Of a stretch of DNA of 64,000 bases, positions 12,740 through 23,844 are shown piece by piece. The stretch is from Mobula hypostoma. Lineage: Eukaryota. Below the pieces are notes generated by a model that saw nothing but the letters and a program-made list of their open reading frames with translations, ran no database searches and had not been told where the DNA came from. The DNA is taken from positions 28,212,001-28,276,000 of the forward strand of contig NC_086109.1 in assembly GCF_963921235.1 (NCBI RefSeq), read 5' to 3'. Made by a program: the position numbers and the translations under genes. How positions within the stretch are numbered: the first letter of the stretch is position 1; each line of letters opens with the position of its first letter.

Positions 12740-12998
12740 TCACAGAATAGTAGAGCCATTGCCTTGCAGTGTTAGAGTTTGGTCCTGATCTCTGTGAGGT
12801 TAACATGGCACCCTGTGGGTTTCCTCTGACTAGTTGATTCTGGGGTGAGGCAGGTGGGATGTTGATAAGCATTACGCAATCCAGTGTGTAGATGAGTGGC
12901 AGGATCTGTTGGGGAGGAGGGAAGTGGCGGAGGGTGTGATGAGGAGTTTGTGTTAATGTGTGGAGAATAAACAGAATTAAAGTAGCATTTAGCATAAA
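12740..12998 (+). mobile_element. tRNA-derived V-SINE/HE1-like SINE, degenerate
   Basis: Core ...ccctgtgggtttcctctg..., similar to the 47392 and 59348 copies. Confidence 0.45.
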
Positions 12999-12999
12999 T

Positions 13000-14345
13000 C
13001 AAAGACCCCCACTATCCAGGCCATGTTTTCTTCTCTTGACTACCATTGGACAAGTGGTACGAAAGACTTAGGTCCCACATAACCAGATTCAGGAACAGTT
13101 ACAGCCTATGTTCCCTCTAAGCTGTGCGCGTGTGTGCGCGCGCACACGTTTTTCAACCAGCGCACAAATGTGCGTATGAAAGTGATGTCTTTGATGAACT
13201 GGCTGCATTGTGCAAGATTCTGCAAAAGAGTGGCCTGACACCGATTGATTCACTTCATTTTGCGCGAGGCAAAATTAACAAGATAAGAAAGCAGTATCTG
13301 GGAGACAATGTTTCGTGGAGTGACAAAGTTAAAGTTTTGCTAAGCCAACAACGTGAAGAAAACGTCACAGTAGATACAAGTTTGCTGTTGACTTTTATAA
13401 ATAGTCTTTGCGTTCATTTGGGAGAAAGGTTTCCTGAAAATGAGGTACAAGAATGGTCAGCTTTTGATTTCTCCGCAATTGCAGATTGAGACTTCACATT
13501 TGGCGATGAACAAGTTAATGCCTTATGTCTAAAATACCATGATTTTCTAGCTGAAAATACTGTAATAGTTAGACAGTTTAATAATTTCAAATTTTCCGTG
13601 CAAGAAAAAAATTAAATACAAACTTTGCTTAAATGGTGGCATTTGTACTTCAAAATAAACAGTTTTGCGACCTTGCACAGTTGATGGGCATTGAGGGAAA
13701 CTTTCCTGCGTCTAGTGCAGACTGTGAGCAAGGTTTTAGCTTAATGAATCAACTCAAAAACAAGCTGAGAAACTGTTTAGGCGAATGTCATTTGGATATG
13801 TTAATGAGAATCAAAAGCTATCAATTGGATGGAAGTTCTGTCAGTCTAGATAGAGTTTATAAAGAATGGGTAAATGCCAAAGACAGGAAAGAGAAAAAAT
13901 AACTGAGTGACTTAAATATGTATGTTATTTTGTTGTTATTCTGTGCAGATTTATTTCAAATATTGTGTAAACCTACATAAACTGTGCCATGTGTGCATTC
14001 TGTGCTCACATACTTTTGTCACAGGAAAAAAATTTGCACAACATAAGATTTTTGTGCACACTGGCTACTAAAAATTAGAGGGAACATTGGTTACAACCCG
14101 ACAACCATCAGGCTCCTGAACTGGCATGGATAACTTTACTAAGCACAACTCCGAATTGATTCTACAATCTACAGACTCACTTTCAGAGACATTTTTACAA
14201 CTCATATTCTCAGTATTTTTTTTTATTTGCACAGTTTGTCTTCTTTTGCACATAGTTATTTGTCAGTCCTTGTTTCCTGCAAGAAAATGAATCTCAGGGT
14301 AGTATGTGGTAACAAAAAAGTATTTTGACAATCTGTTTATTTTAA
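13000..14345 (+). mobile_element. Rex1/Babar 3' fragment split by the hAT insertion
   Basis: KDPHYPGH..FS.LP....Y..LR.H.TRFRNS before 13105 continues as TTIRLLN plus 3' UTR after 14097. Confidence 0.7.
13106..14089 (+). mobile_element. Internally deleted hAT DNA transposon (ZNF862/Tip100-like transposase C-terminus, frameshifted)
   Basis: TIRs ctatgttccctctaa / ttagagggaacattg; 8-bp TSD gttacagc / gttacaac; hAT dimerisation motif PASSADCEQGFSLMNQLKNKLRNCL. Confidence 0.9.
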
Positions 14346-14854
14346 ACGTTGTGATGAGACTAGAATACGGAATCCATGTGGGCACATCAGTGCAGTTGAA
14401 GGCAATCTGTCCAAGATACTTTATGTTCCCAGTGAAATCAGGAGAGCTGAAATTGCTTCTTTATAAACACATCTCCTGAGTGAGCTTACTGAAACTCCAG
14501 TGAACAGCAAATTGGGAGATATTTCAGCAATCTAATGAATCTCTTTGGAGTGACTGATTTGTGAGGGTTGTTCATAGTTACTGTGAAGTTTGCCTTCATT
14601 TAAAGAACAGGAATGAGAGGGATGGTAATGAATGTCATGCATCTCTAAGATGTGAAAGTTTCAGGTAGGATGTGATGTTCCTGACCATATATTTGCCTTC
14701 TGCCCACCATTGGAGTAACCAGGACTTCCAGATAGATGGTGCTACTGAATGCGTGTGATAATTCACTAGTAGTTCAAATGGCAAGAAATTTGACTGAAAA
14801 CATCACTAAAAACACCTTTTCCGAGGTAAATTATGTTAAATTATCAATGCATAC

Positions 14855-15715
14855 AGTGAGGGGGCGAGGTGTGTTTGGGAGCCGAGCTGGGCTGATGCGT
14901 TGCAGAATCGAAGCAGATGGAGTGAACCATTCAGAAAGGTGAAATCGGGGCTGGGGCAGATAAGTTCCAATGCCCATACAACTAGCCTGGGTGTGAGGTT
15001 GGATCACTCTGGGCAACGAGAGGAGAAGTTGGGGCAGAGGCAGTTCTGATGCCTTTACAACCAGCTTGGGTGCGAAGTTGGATGGCTCTAGGTGCCGAGC
15101 TAATTTGGAGAGATTGAGAATGATTTTGGGTTCTGTGGCGAAATTTGGGACCAGAGCAAGTTGCTGGGGGTGTGGTCTAGGCCCCAAACCTTCACAGTGG
15201 CCGAATCTTAGTGCGAGGCATGATGCACTGTTTAGGCAATTTAAATGTCGGCCTAGATCTGGGGTGAGAGCCGATTTCACTCACTCTCTGTGATGTTCAC
15301 TCCCCTCTCCAGGGTGCCGGAGCCTTTTGCTGTTCTGTTGTTTGGTCAATTTAAGCACCAGCCCTGATGGACTGAAAAGACAGGGTGTTGGAATTCAAGG
15401 CGAGAACCAATTTCACTCACTCTCCACAATAGTCACTCCTCTCCCTGGCACTAAGGCTACGAAGACAGTCCTGGCTGCTGTACTCTGTACCCGCTAATAT
15501 GATGAACTGATAAGCAAGGCTTTGGGCCTACTCTGGGCTGCTCCTGGGTTCGGATCTGAGGACTGAATTTGGTTCAGATGTTGTTGCTCGTTTCAAAAGT
15601 TTGCATGATTTGTGTTTTTCTCCCCTTTTCTCTTGCGCATCGGGTATTAGTCTTTTATTTTAATTCTTCTAAATTTTTTAAGTAAATTCTTTGATAATAA
15701 ATGTACTTTGAATTA
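14855..15715 (+). mobile_element. Non-autonomous retroelement with internal repeats and a Rex1-like tail (related to 61725-62195)
   Basis: Shared blocks gggtgtgaggttggatc and caatttaa.cac; tail gataataaatgtactttgaa. Confidence 0.5.
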
Positions 15716-16221
15716 AATTGAATGTAATTAAACCCCTTGTAGTTTAATGTTAACAGCACTCACCATCCAGGCACCACCGAATATACATTTCAGCAGTCAA
15801 ATGCAGAAAAGGAATGCTCCTAGATCTCTGGAAGGTGTTTGAGCAACTTGCAGCCAGTTCTAAAGCTAACCCAGTGTCAGCAGCACATCTCCTTAAGTGG
15901 CGTGAAAAGAATTGAACAAACACGATAAACTCTAAGTTTGAGTGAGGCGCTCCCATAGTGTTCTGGTGTGGTGATTTCATCTGAGATTAATAGCAGCATG
16001 GGCACAAGGGACATTGGGTGAATACTGCAATCATTTGGAACGTGTCAGGCCCAGAGAAATGTCATATGCTCCTGTGTAAATCACAGCTAGATGTGTCCAA
16101 TCCAAGCTCATGATTGGTGCACATTCATCTTGAAGGCATTGTTAGTATGATTTACTCTGAGTAAAACTGGGTTGAGCGATATACTACTGAAAACATAGTG
16201 GTATACAATCCAGTTTTTGTT

Positions 16222-16346
16222 CCAGCCCTGATGAAGTACCTTGACCTGCGATGTCAACTATACATTTTCCTCCATAGATACTGTCTGACTTGTTGAGTTT
16301 TGTGTGTTGCTCCAGATTTCCAGCATTCGCAGTCTTTCTTGTGTCT
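16222..16346 (+). mobile_element. PLE-tail-derived SINE fragment with decayed hammerhead
   Basis: ccCTGATGAagtaccttgacctgcgatgtcaact...gctccagatttccagcattcgcag. Confidence 0.6.
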
Positions 16347-17129
16347 TTATTTTGACTAATATCGGATTATTAGCCGAACCTTATACTTGAGGGCTGATTA
16401 ATATTAAATGGCATTAATTGATACTTAGGCTAGTGATAGGTGCATTATGACTTCTTAACTGTTGATGGCATCGTTGAGCTTCATTGTAGGCTGAAGGAGC
16501 TCATAATATTTTGCCTGTACACATTGCAGTGTTGCAGATACATGACCATTTGCCTATAGAGATGCCGCACTCTTAATTTTGTTCTGCTATTGTTAGACAT
16601 TGTTTTCTGTTATTTGTACTTCTTTGTGCACGTTTTCTCGGATGTGTAAGATCCAACTGATCAAAAACTTTTTTGTTGCCAAAGCTTTTCTATCACTCAC
16701 CAGTGATCCCGTGAAGTGTACTCTTCTCTCAGACAGCTGTCTGGGACTTGTACACTTGTGGTATGAACATTCAGTGTGCAGCAGTGAGAAACTCTGCAGA
16801 AAATCTGGTACTCTCTGTAGGACTGTCCTGTTGAAATTGATCCAGATAGTTTTAAGCAGCAGTAATTGGAAGAGCAAAAACATTACTGTAATGTAATGTC
16901 TTGGCAGATGCTTCTTCACACTAAACGCCTGAAAAATATGAACGTGAACTTTAAATGTTAATGGCATCTATCCCTCATCGGGTTGTTATGAGCATGTTTT
17001 TCTGATTGTGGGTCTCTCAGAGGTGTTGTGAAAGTACTCTTTAAGTCACCTGCCAAATTAATAAATCTTGCCCAATAGTCTTAAAAATTGAAAACCTGGT
17101 GGTAAGAGTGACATACAAAAATTTACAGA

Positions 17130-17771
17130 TCGAAGTTCAAAAGTTCAAAGTTGAAAGTACATTTATTATCAAAGAATGTATACTAAATACAGCCTTGAGA
17201 CTCATCTCCTTACAGGCAGTTACAAGACAAAGAAGACCATCAAACACCTAATGTGCAGAATAAAACAAATCGTTCAAACAGTAAAAGTAAGCAGATGAAG
17301 TTCCCAAAAGTGAGTCCGCAGCCACAAATACAGTCACAGCCAATCTAGGAGCTAGCTCTGTAGTTGCAGGGGCCACAGCCTCAGTGCAGCACAGAGATGA
17401 GGAAACCTCACGAACAGTGAGCTGAACACTTGTCTGCCCCATACCCCCGGGCTCAACATGCTGACGTTTTCTATCTGGCCCGGTGCTTAGATCAGCCAAA
17501 CAGCAGGTCATTCTTTGCTCTCAGATCTGGGCCCTACTGCTGCGATATGCTATCAGGCTTGGGACCCGCCACTTCGACTCAGCACCTACCTAACTTTTCC
17601 AATTTTGCCTGTCACTTAAATCAGTCAAACATCATTTTTTCCCTCACTCTTGGGCCCAGGCTCTGCCTCCTTGACTCTGCCATGCTGCGCCTCAGTTCTG
17701 CTGCTTCGAATCAGCTTCATGTCCCCTCCAACAATGGCCTGCGCTCGGTCTCGGGCCTTGCCATATCAATT
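17130..17771 (-). mobile_element. Non-autonomous retroelement with (TTTGAAC)n Rex1-like tail
   Basis: Tail aagttcaaaagttcaaagttgaaagtacatttattatc; similar tails near 6458, 8920, 55950 and 63913. Confidence 0.5.
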
Positions 17772-18072
17772 CATAGAAACATAGAAAATAGGTGCAGGAG
17801 TAGGCCATTCGGCCCTTCGAGCCTGCACCGCCATTTATTATGATCATGGCTGATCATCCAACTCAGAACCCTGTACCAGCCTTCCCTCCATACCCCCTGA
17901 CCCCCGTAGCCACAAGGGCCATATCTAACTTCCTCTTAAATATAGCCCAATGAACTGGCCTCAACTGTTTCCTGTGGCAGAGAATTCCACAGATTCACCA
18001 CTCTCTGTGTGAAGAAGTTTTTCCTAATCTCGGTCCTAAAAGGCTTCCCCTCTATCCTCAAACTGTGGCCCT
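17772..18072 (-). mobile_element. CR1/HER1 3' fragment
   Basis: catagaaacatagaaa tail; GHSLRIEGKPFRTEIRKNFFTQRVVNLWNSLPQ. Confidence 0.9.
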
Positions 18073-19159
18073 GTATACGCCACGCTGCAACCATCGTGCA
18101 CCTTTGAGACTCCAGTTCACACTGCAAAAATGCCAGGTCGTACAGGTGGTTCAAAAACTCAACTCCAAAAGGGAAGTTACAGGTTATTGATTGCAGTGAT
18201 TGTTCCATTCTCAATCTGTTCTCTACATTGCGAGATTGGCCAAGTCATTGTTCTGACTAACTTTACCATAAAAAAATGGGATGAAACTCAATTTATGTCC
18301 TGTCAACATGGGCATTAATGTTATTATGTGCCCATTCAATTTTCCTTTGCATTGTGGTTACTACAACTACATATCTTCCCATTCCGTTCCTTGCATTGTC
18401 TCCACCCACCACTTACCATTCTCTCTTTAGTCTCTTATCCACACTGAGGTCTGGTGTTCAATACAATTTCTGACTATCAATGTGGAATGCTATTAGTTTT
18501 CAAATTCTCATTAATTTTGCCTCGGTTGGAGAGCAACAAAGAGATACCTTGCATTGAGAAACACACAGAGAGTGCTGGAGGAACTCAGTCAGTTGAAATG
18601 TTAACTACTTATTTCTTTCCACAGGTGCTGCCTGTTCTGCTCCTCCAACACTTTGTGTGTATCGTTCAAGATTTCTGGCATCTGCAGAACCTCTTGTGTT
18701 CGTGATTTGAATAGAGGAAGATTTTTCATTTGGAAGTCCACACACTCAGGAAAAGAAAAATGCAAGTGTCAACTTATTGTGGAGTGGAAGCTGTTCTTTT
18801 AATCAGAAAGTATATCATTAGACGCACAGGTGTAGGGATGGATCACAAGAGGTGATCCATTGACCATAACTTCCTTGCTGAAAAGGATCAATTCAAGACC
18901 TGCAGATATTCACTGCCAGATTCATGATACTTCTTGACAGTTAACATAGTTATTTTCGTAAGACTGATAAAGCGGCAGGTTCTTCATCATACACATCTTT
19001 CTGTAGAATGCCTGGCTGAAGTGCCGACCTAAATCTTCTGCAGTAGAGCACATTTTCATTCCCAGGTTCCAACAAGGTGCTATTTGAATTATCCGTCTCA
19101 CCCTACTCTGGTTGACCACTGGTGATCCCACCCGTACGTCAACCTGAAAGTTATGCGTA

Positions 19160-19935
19160 GGTTATAGATCAGTTGGAAATCTGTGCGGAGAAAATGCCAA
19201 TGGAGTTTAATCAGGATAAATCTAAAAATTAGCATACTGAGAGGTCAGGTGTAAAAGGAAAGTATGTAATAAATGGCGGGACCCTTATGAGCATTAATAC
19301 ACGGAGGGATGTTGGGATACAGGTCCACAGCTCCTTGAAAGTGATAACATATGCAGATAGGATGGTAAAGAAGACATAAGGCATGTCTGCCTTTATGGAT
19401 CAGGTTACTGAGTATAAAACTTGGAAAATCATGTTGCAAATATCTTTGTCTCGGCCTCATTTGGAGTGCAGTGTGCAGTTCTGATCACTCCTTTAGAGGA
19501 AGGATGTAAAGGCCTTAGAGAGGGTGACTTGCATGGATGTTGCTTGGATTAGAGTCTATTAGCTGTAAGAAGAGGCTGCATAAACTTGGGTTGCTTTTAT
19601 AGGCTGAGGGATGACTTGATAGAAGTTTATAAAATAATGAGAGACATAGATGAGGAACAAGTGTCAAATGCTAATGACAGGGGGAATATTTAAAGTAAGT
19701 TTATGAGGCAAGTTTTTCATGGAGTGGTAGGGTGTCTGCAAAATGCTTCTGGGAGAGTGGATAGGATTGCATTCCTTAAGAGGCATTTAGACAAGCACAG
19801 AAACAGGTGGGAACTGAAGGGCTATTGGCCATTTGCAGGTAGATAGGGTCAGTTTACATTTGTATCATAGACAGCACAGATATAGTGGGCTGAAGGGCCA
19901 TTTCCTTTGCTGTATTCTTCTTTGTTCTATGTTCC
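19160..19935 (+). mobile_element. Old, degenerate CR1 3' fragment
   Basis: Remnants of WQMEFN, RPHLE.SVQF.S and a ttctatgttc tail. Confidence 0.75.
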
Positions 19936-21611
19936 TTGTCAGTTTTTGAGCTGTGGCGCAAGTGACATCAGATCTTCATTTTCACTGCCTTCTTGTTTCT
20001 CGTTGGTTCTTGTGTATCTGATGTGAAGGAAGATTTATTGGATGTAGAAAGAAGTGGGGAGTTGGTCTTGGTCTGTTTGAATCATGAGCATCAGAGTCTG
20101 ACAGGCAGAAAGAGACCAGCTGGTCCAGCAAGCCCACCTGATATCCATAATGCCTGGAGCACCATGGCTAGACACTTCCTATCCCTCAGCAGCCAGGCTC
20201 TCGTGGGACAAACATAAGCAATCAAAAATACAAGCATTGCAACAAAAAAGGGAAAGCAAATCTAAAAGGTTCTTCTTCCACTCCTACTGCTGACTGAAAC
20301 AGCCTATAGGATTCATTTATTATAATCTTACAGTGAGATCAGTGAATTATTGGCTTAAACATGGTGCTAATATCATAATGTCAGCATCATCGCTTACAAT
20401 GGCAAAAATGCTTAAGGTGCACAAGCTTAAATTCATTATACCTGTATATAAGAACCTATGCACTTGCTGTGTCACTCCCCAAAGGAAACATAAGAAATGT
20501 GGTTTTCCTATAAATCTGTCTATTTAATTCCAACCAAATTTTGCTTTAAACTGATAAGATTAATTTTGTTTGTGGTACAAAGCGTTTCTCTCACATCTCT
20601 GAATAAAATGAATGCAGTTTTTTTCTTCCCTTCAAGCAGGAACTTTGGCTGAAACCCAATTTAGCTTGCCGCTTATTAATTGTCACAGTGAGAGACACAC
20701 CCTTCTGGGAACATTACCATTCTTATCCCAGTTAAATGAGTTTCATTTGAGAAGATCAATTAGTTGGTGTAGTCAGCTTTGCCAGATGTGTCCCTAATAA
20801 GCAATGTCTCTCTGGACTATCAACGCTAAATTTCCTGCATTAAATAGTATTTGTAAAGAAACTGTAGTCCACCTGGAAAACAGTTAGCAGAGAATATCTA
20901 CTGAGTTGTTCAATTATCACATTGAATAAAAGAAAGCAAAAATATTGATTTTGGATTGATATTGATTTTGTATTCTTCTGTTGCTGGTGGATAAAATCAA
21001 TCCTATCTTCAATTCTTTTCATGTCTATACACCTTAGCATTTTAGGATTTTTAATGCTAATCTAGTCCTTAGGGATTGAATTCTGTCCTTCTGACATTTT
21101 AAATTGATATTATTCATAGTGGAGTTGCTATTTTGTCCTCTTGTGCTGTTCAAACTCATTGCCTATTAATCGCTGTTGTACAAAATGTCTTGGTTTTGTC
21201 TATTTTATTTGCAAATTTACACTTCATTGACAAACAAGGTTAATCACTGATTGTAACACAGCATGCTTGTGCATTAGGAGCTGGGTAAACTCTTGTGACC
21301 TATTATACGTTACTCAGAGACACTTGGCCATTGACTGGATTTTAACTGTTGGATGCAGCAGTGCTGTTCGTGCATGGAACTGCTTGTGAAAGCTAGTGGC
21401 TCACAAGAATAGAGCTAAGGAGACTATTAAGCATTATTTATTAGTTCCTGGCATACAGGGAGGTATAGGAGCTTTGGAGGTACCTTTGATATCTCCTTTC
21501 TTGGTTTTCCTCTCTTTATGCTTCCCAGAATCCTTCCTCATCCTCCTGTGTGGAAACTGGACTGTGGCAGAATGAAAGGCTCTATGATGAGTAGTTAAAA
21601 CATTTCAAGGT

Positions 21612-22072
21612 GTCACCGGCACCAGACTCTCCGCCAGCAAGGGCACATATACAGGAAGGTGCTGGAGGAAGGCCTGCAGTATGATGAAGCATCCCACCCA
21701 CCCTGCTCATGAGCGGTTTCTCCCAGTCCCATGAGGGAAGAGGCTACGCAGCATCCACACCTAGACCACCAGCATCCAAAACGGTTATTTCTCTCAAGCC
21801 GGTAGGCTGACCAGCACCTCCACCCATTAACCCACCCCACCACACCCCTCACAACCACTACCTTATCATTTCCTCTCAGAGTCACCTTAAGTCCCAATAC
21901 TCCAGTACCTAGCATCACTTTATGTACATACAATCAATCTATGTATATAAACTATTCTTATGTATTTATATTTATTGTGTTTTTATGTATGCTGCATTGA
22001 ATCTAGAGTAACAATTAACTTATTCTCCTTTACTCTTGTGCACTGATGAATGACAATGAACAATGCTGAATA
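21612..22072 (+). mobile_element. Rex1/Babar 3' fragment
   Basis: Degenerate .KHPTHPAH..F.P.P.GKRLRSIH..TT...N.YF.QA.RL plus 3' UTR. Confidence 0.7.
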
Positions 22073-23091
22073 TTAAGTCATCTTTCTAGTCTGGTTAGTC
22101 TGGGAATTACTTCTTCCCTCTGCCCACTGGTCACTTAGCTGTTCTCATCTGTGATAAAAACAGCTGGAGTATGTAGCAACCTCATCACCCCTGACCCCAC
22201 AGATGCTGCTTAACCTGTTGAGCTCGTCCAACAAATTATTAGTTGCTCCAGATTCCAGCATCTGCAGTCTCTGCTGCAGCCCTACCTTGTGTTGAATTCC
22301 CCCTCTAGTCCCACATACATCAAACTTTTTACGGATTAAATATTGTCCCAAAGCTTTAGAGGGTGGGATTTGATGGCAATGATTTTGTTAAATATTCTTG
22401 ATTACTTGGTTCGTATAATACGGTGGAACTCCAATGTATCCTCCAGGTAATGATATGATTAACTGGCATCTCTGATATCACCATACCGCTTATGGACCAT
22501 GAATATGATACCAGGATTGAGTGTAATCAGATGTTTAGATGTAAGAGGGAAATATTGAGGTAGTCAAGTTTCAGGATGAGACAGCAAGTGTGGTCAGCAT
22601 CTTTTGGAGTTAGTGACTGCAGTATGTGCATTGTTTCACTGTCTTATCATTGTGTAGATCGATTCTGTAGAGTGGGTGTCAAGCCATACAGATTCACTGT
22701 GGCAGTCAGTAAAGACGTCCTACAGTTCATCATTTTAAAAATTAATCATAGAAATAACCTTGCCTCCCGACACATGTGATATAATGTAACTCGCTGTGTT
22801 ACATTTACAATCTGTCTTAATAAAAGCATACTTTGTGATTGTTCTCCACAGGGACAATGAACAGTTCTGATGTTCAGTCAACCCGGCAACCATCCTGCAT
22901 CACCTATTGATTGGTGTCTGAGTGAAACTGGTAATGGCAGGGTGACAGCATAAGTAGGGAGGATAGAACAGTGGGGGAAAATAATTTGACAAAAAATAAA
23001 ATATATATTTGTAATTTTGTCTGCAGTTCTACAGCCATATAATAATTTTCATAATGTTTGATAGAATGTAAAGGGGGAGTAAAGAGAAATA

Positions 23092-23655
23092 CATTCAGTG
23101 GTCACTTTATTAGGTGGTGTACCTAATAAAATGGGCTCTGAGTGCACGCCCATTTTCTTCTGTTGCTCTAGCCCATTTACTTCAAGGTTTGATGCATTGT
23201 GCATTCAGAGATGCTCTTCTGCACACAATTGTTGTAATGTGTGGTTATTTGAGCTACTGATGCCTTCCTGTCAGCTTAAACCAGTCTGACCATTCTCTTC
23301 CAACTTCTCTCATTAAGAAGGCACTTCTGCCCACAAAACTACCAATCACTGGGTGTTTTTCTTGTTGCTTTTTTTCACCATTCTCTGTAAACTGAAGAGA
23401 TGGCTGTGCATGAAAACCCCAGGAGATCAACATTTTCTGAGATACTCAAAGCACCCAGTCTGGCACCAACAATCATTCCACGGTCAAAACCACTTAGATC
23501 AGATTTTTTTTCCCCATTTTGATGTTTGGTCTGAGCAGCAATTGAACTTCTTCACCATGTCTGCATGCTTTTATACATTGAGTTGCTGCCGCATCATTGG
23601 CTGATTAGATTTTGTATTAATAAGCAGGTGTCCCTAATAAAGTGGCCACTGAGTG
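23092..23655. mobile_element. Tc1/mariner-type MITE
   Basis: TIRs cattcagtggtcactttattagg / cctaataaagtggccactgagtg flanked by TA on both sides; internal inverted copy of the TIR near the left end. Confidence 0.85.
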
Positions 23656-23844
23656 TATATTATACTGATAACTGCAGTCACTTTAATCTAGATGTACAGT
23701 AAGTGGATTGGGTGTTGTGCAATGAACCAGATTTAATTAGGGACTTTAAGATAATGTACTCTTCAGAGACAGTTACCATAATAAGATAGAAATCACCCTG
23801 CAGTTTGAGGGATAAAAGATTAAGCTAGATGTTTCAGTAGTACA

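Noticed and set aside
13124..13902. Domesticated ZNF862/ZBED-like host gene
   Set aside because: It is frameshifted, lacks the N-terminus, and is bounded by TIRs and a TSD.
18922..19143. Terminal coding exon (VDVRVGSP...CQEVS*)
   Set aside because: The peptide is unrecognisable and only a weak acceptor supports it. It is kept only as a possible part of the lncRNA hypothesis.
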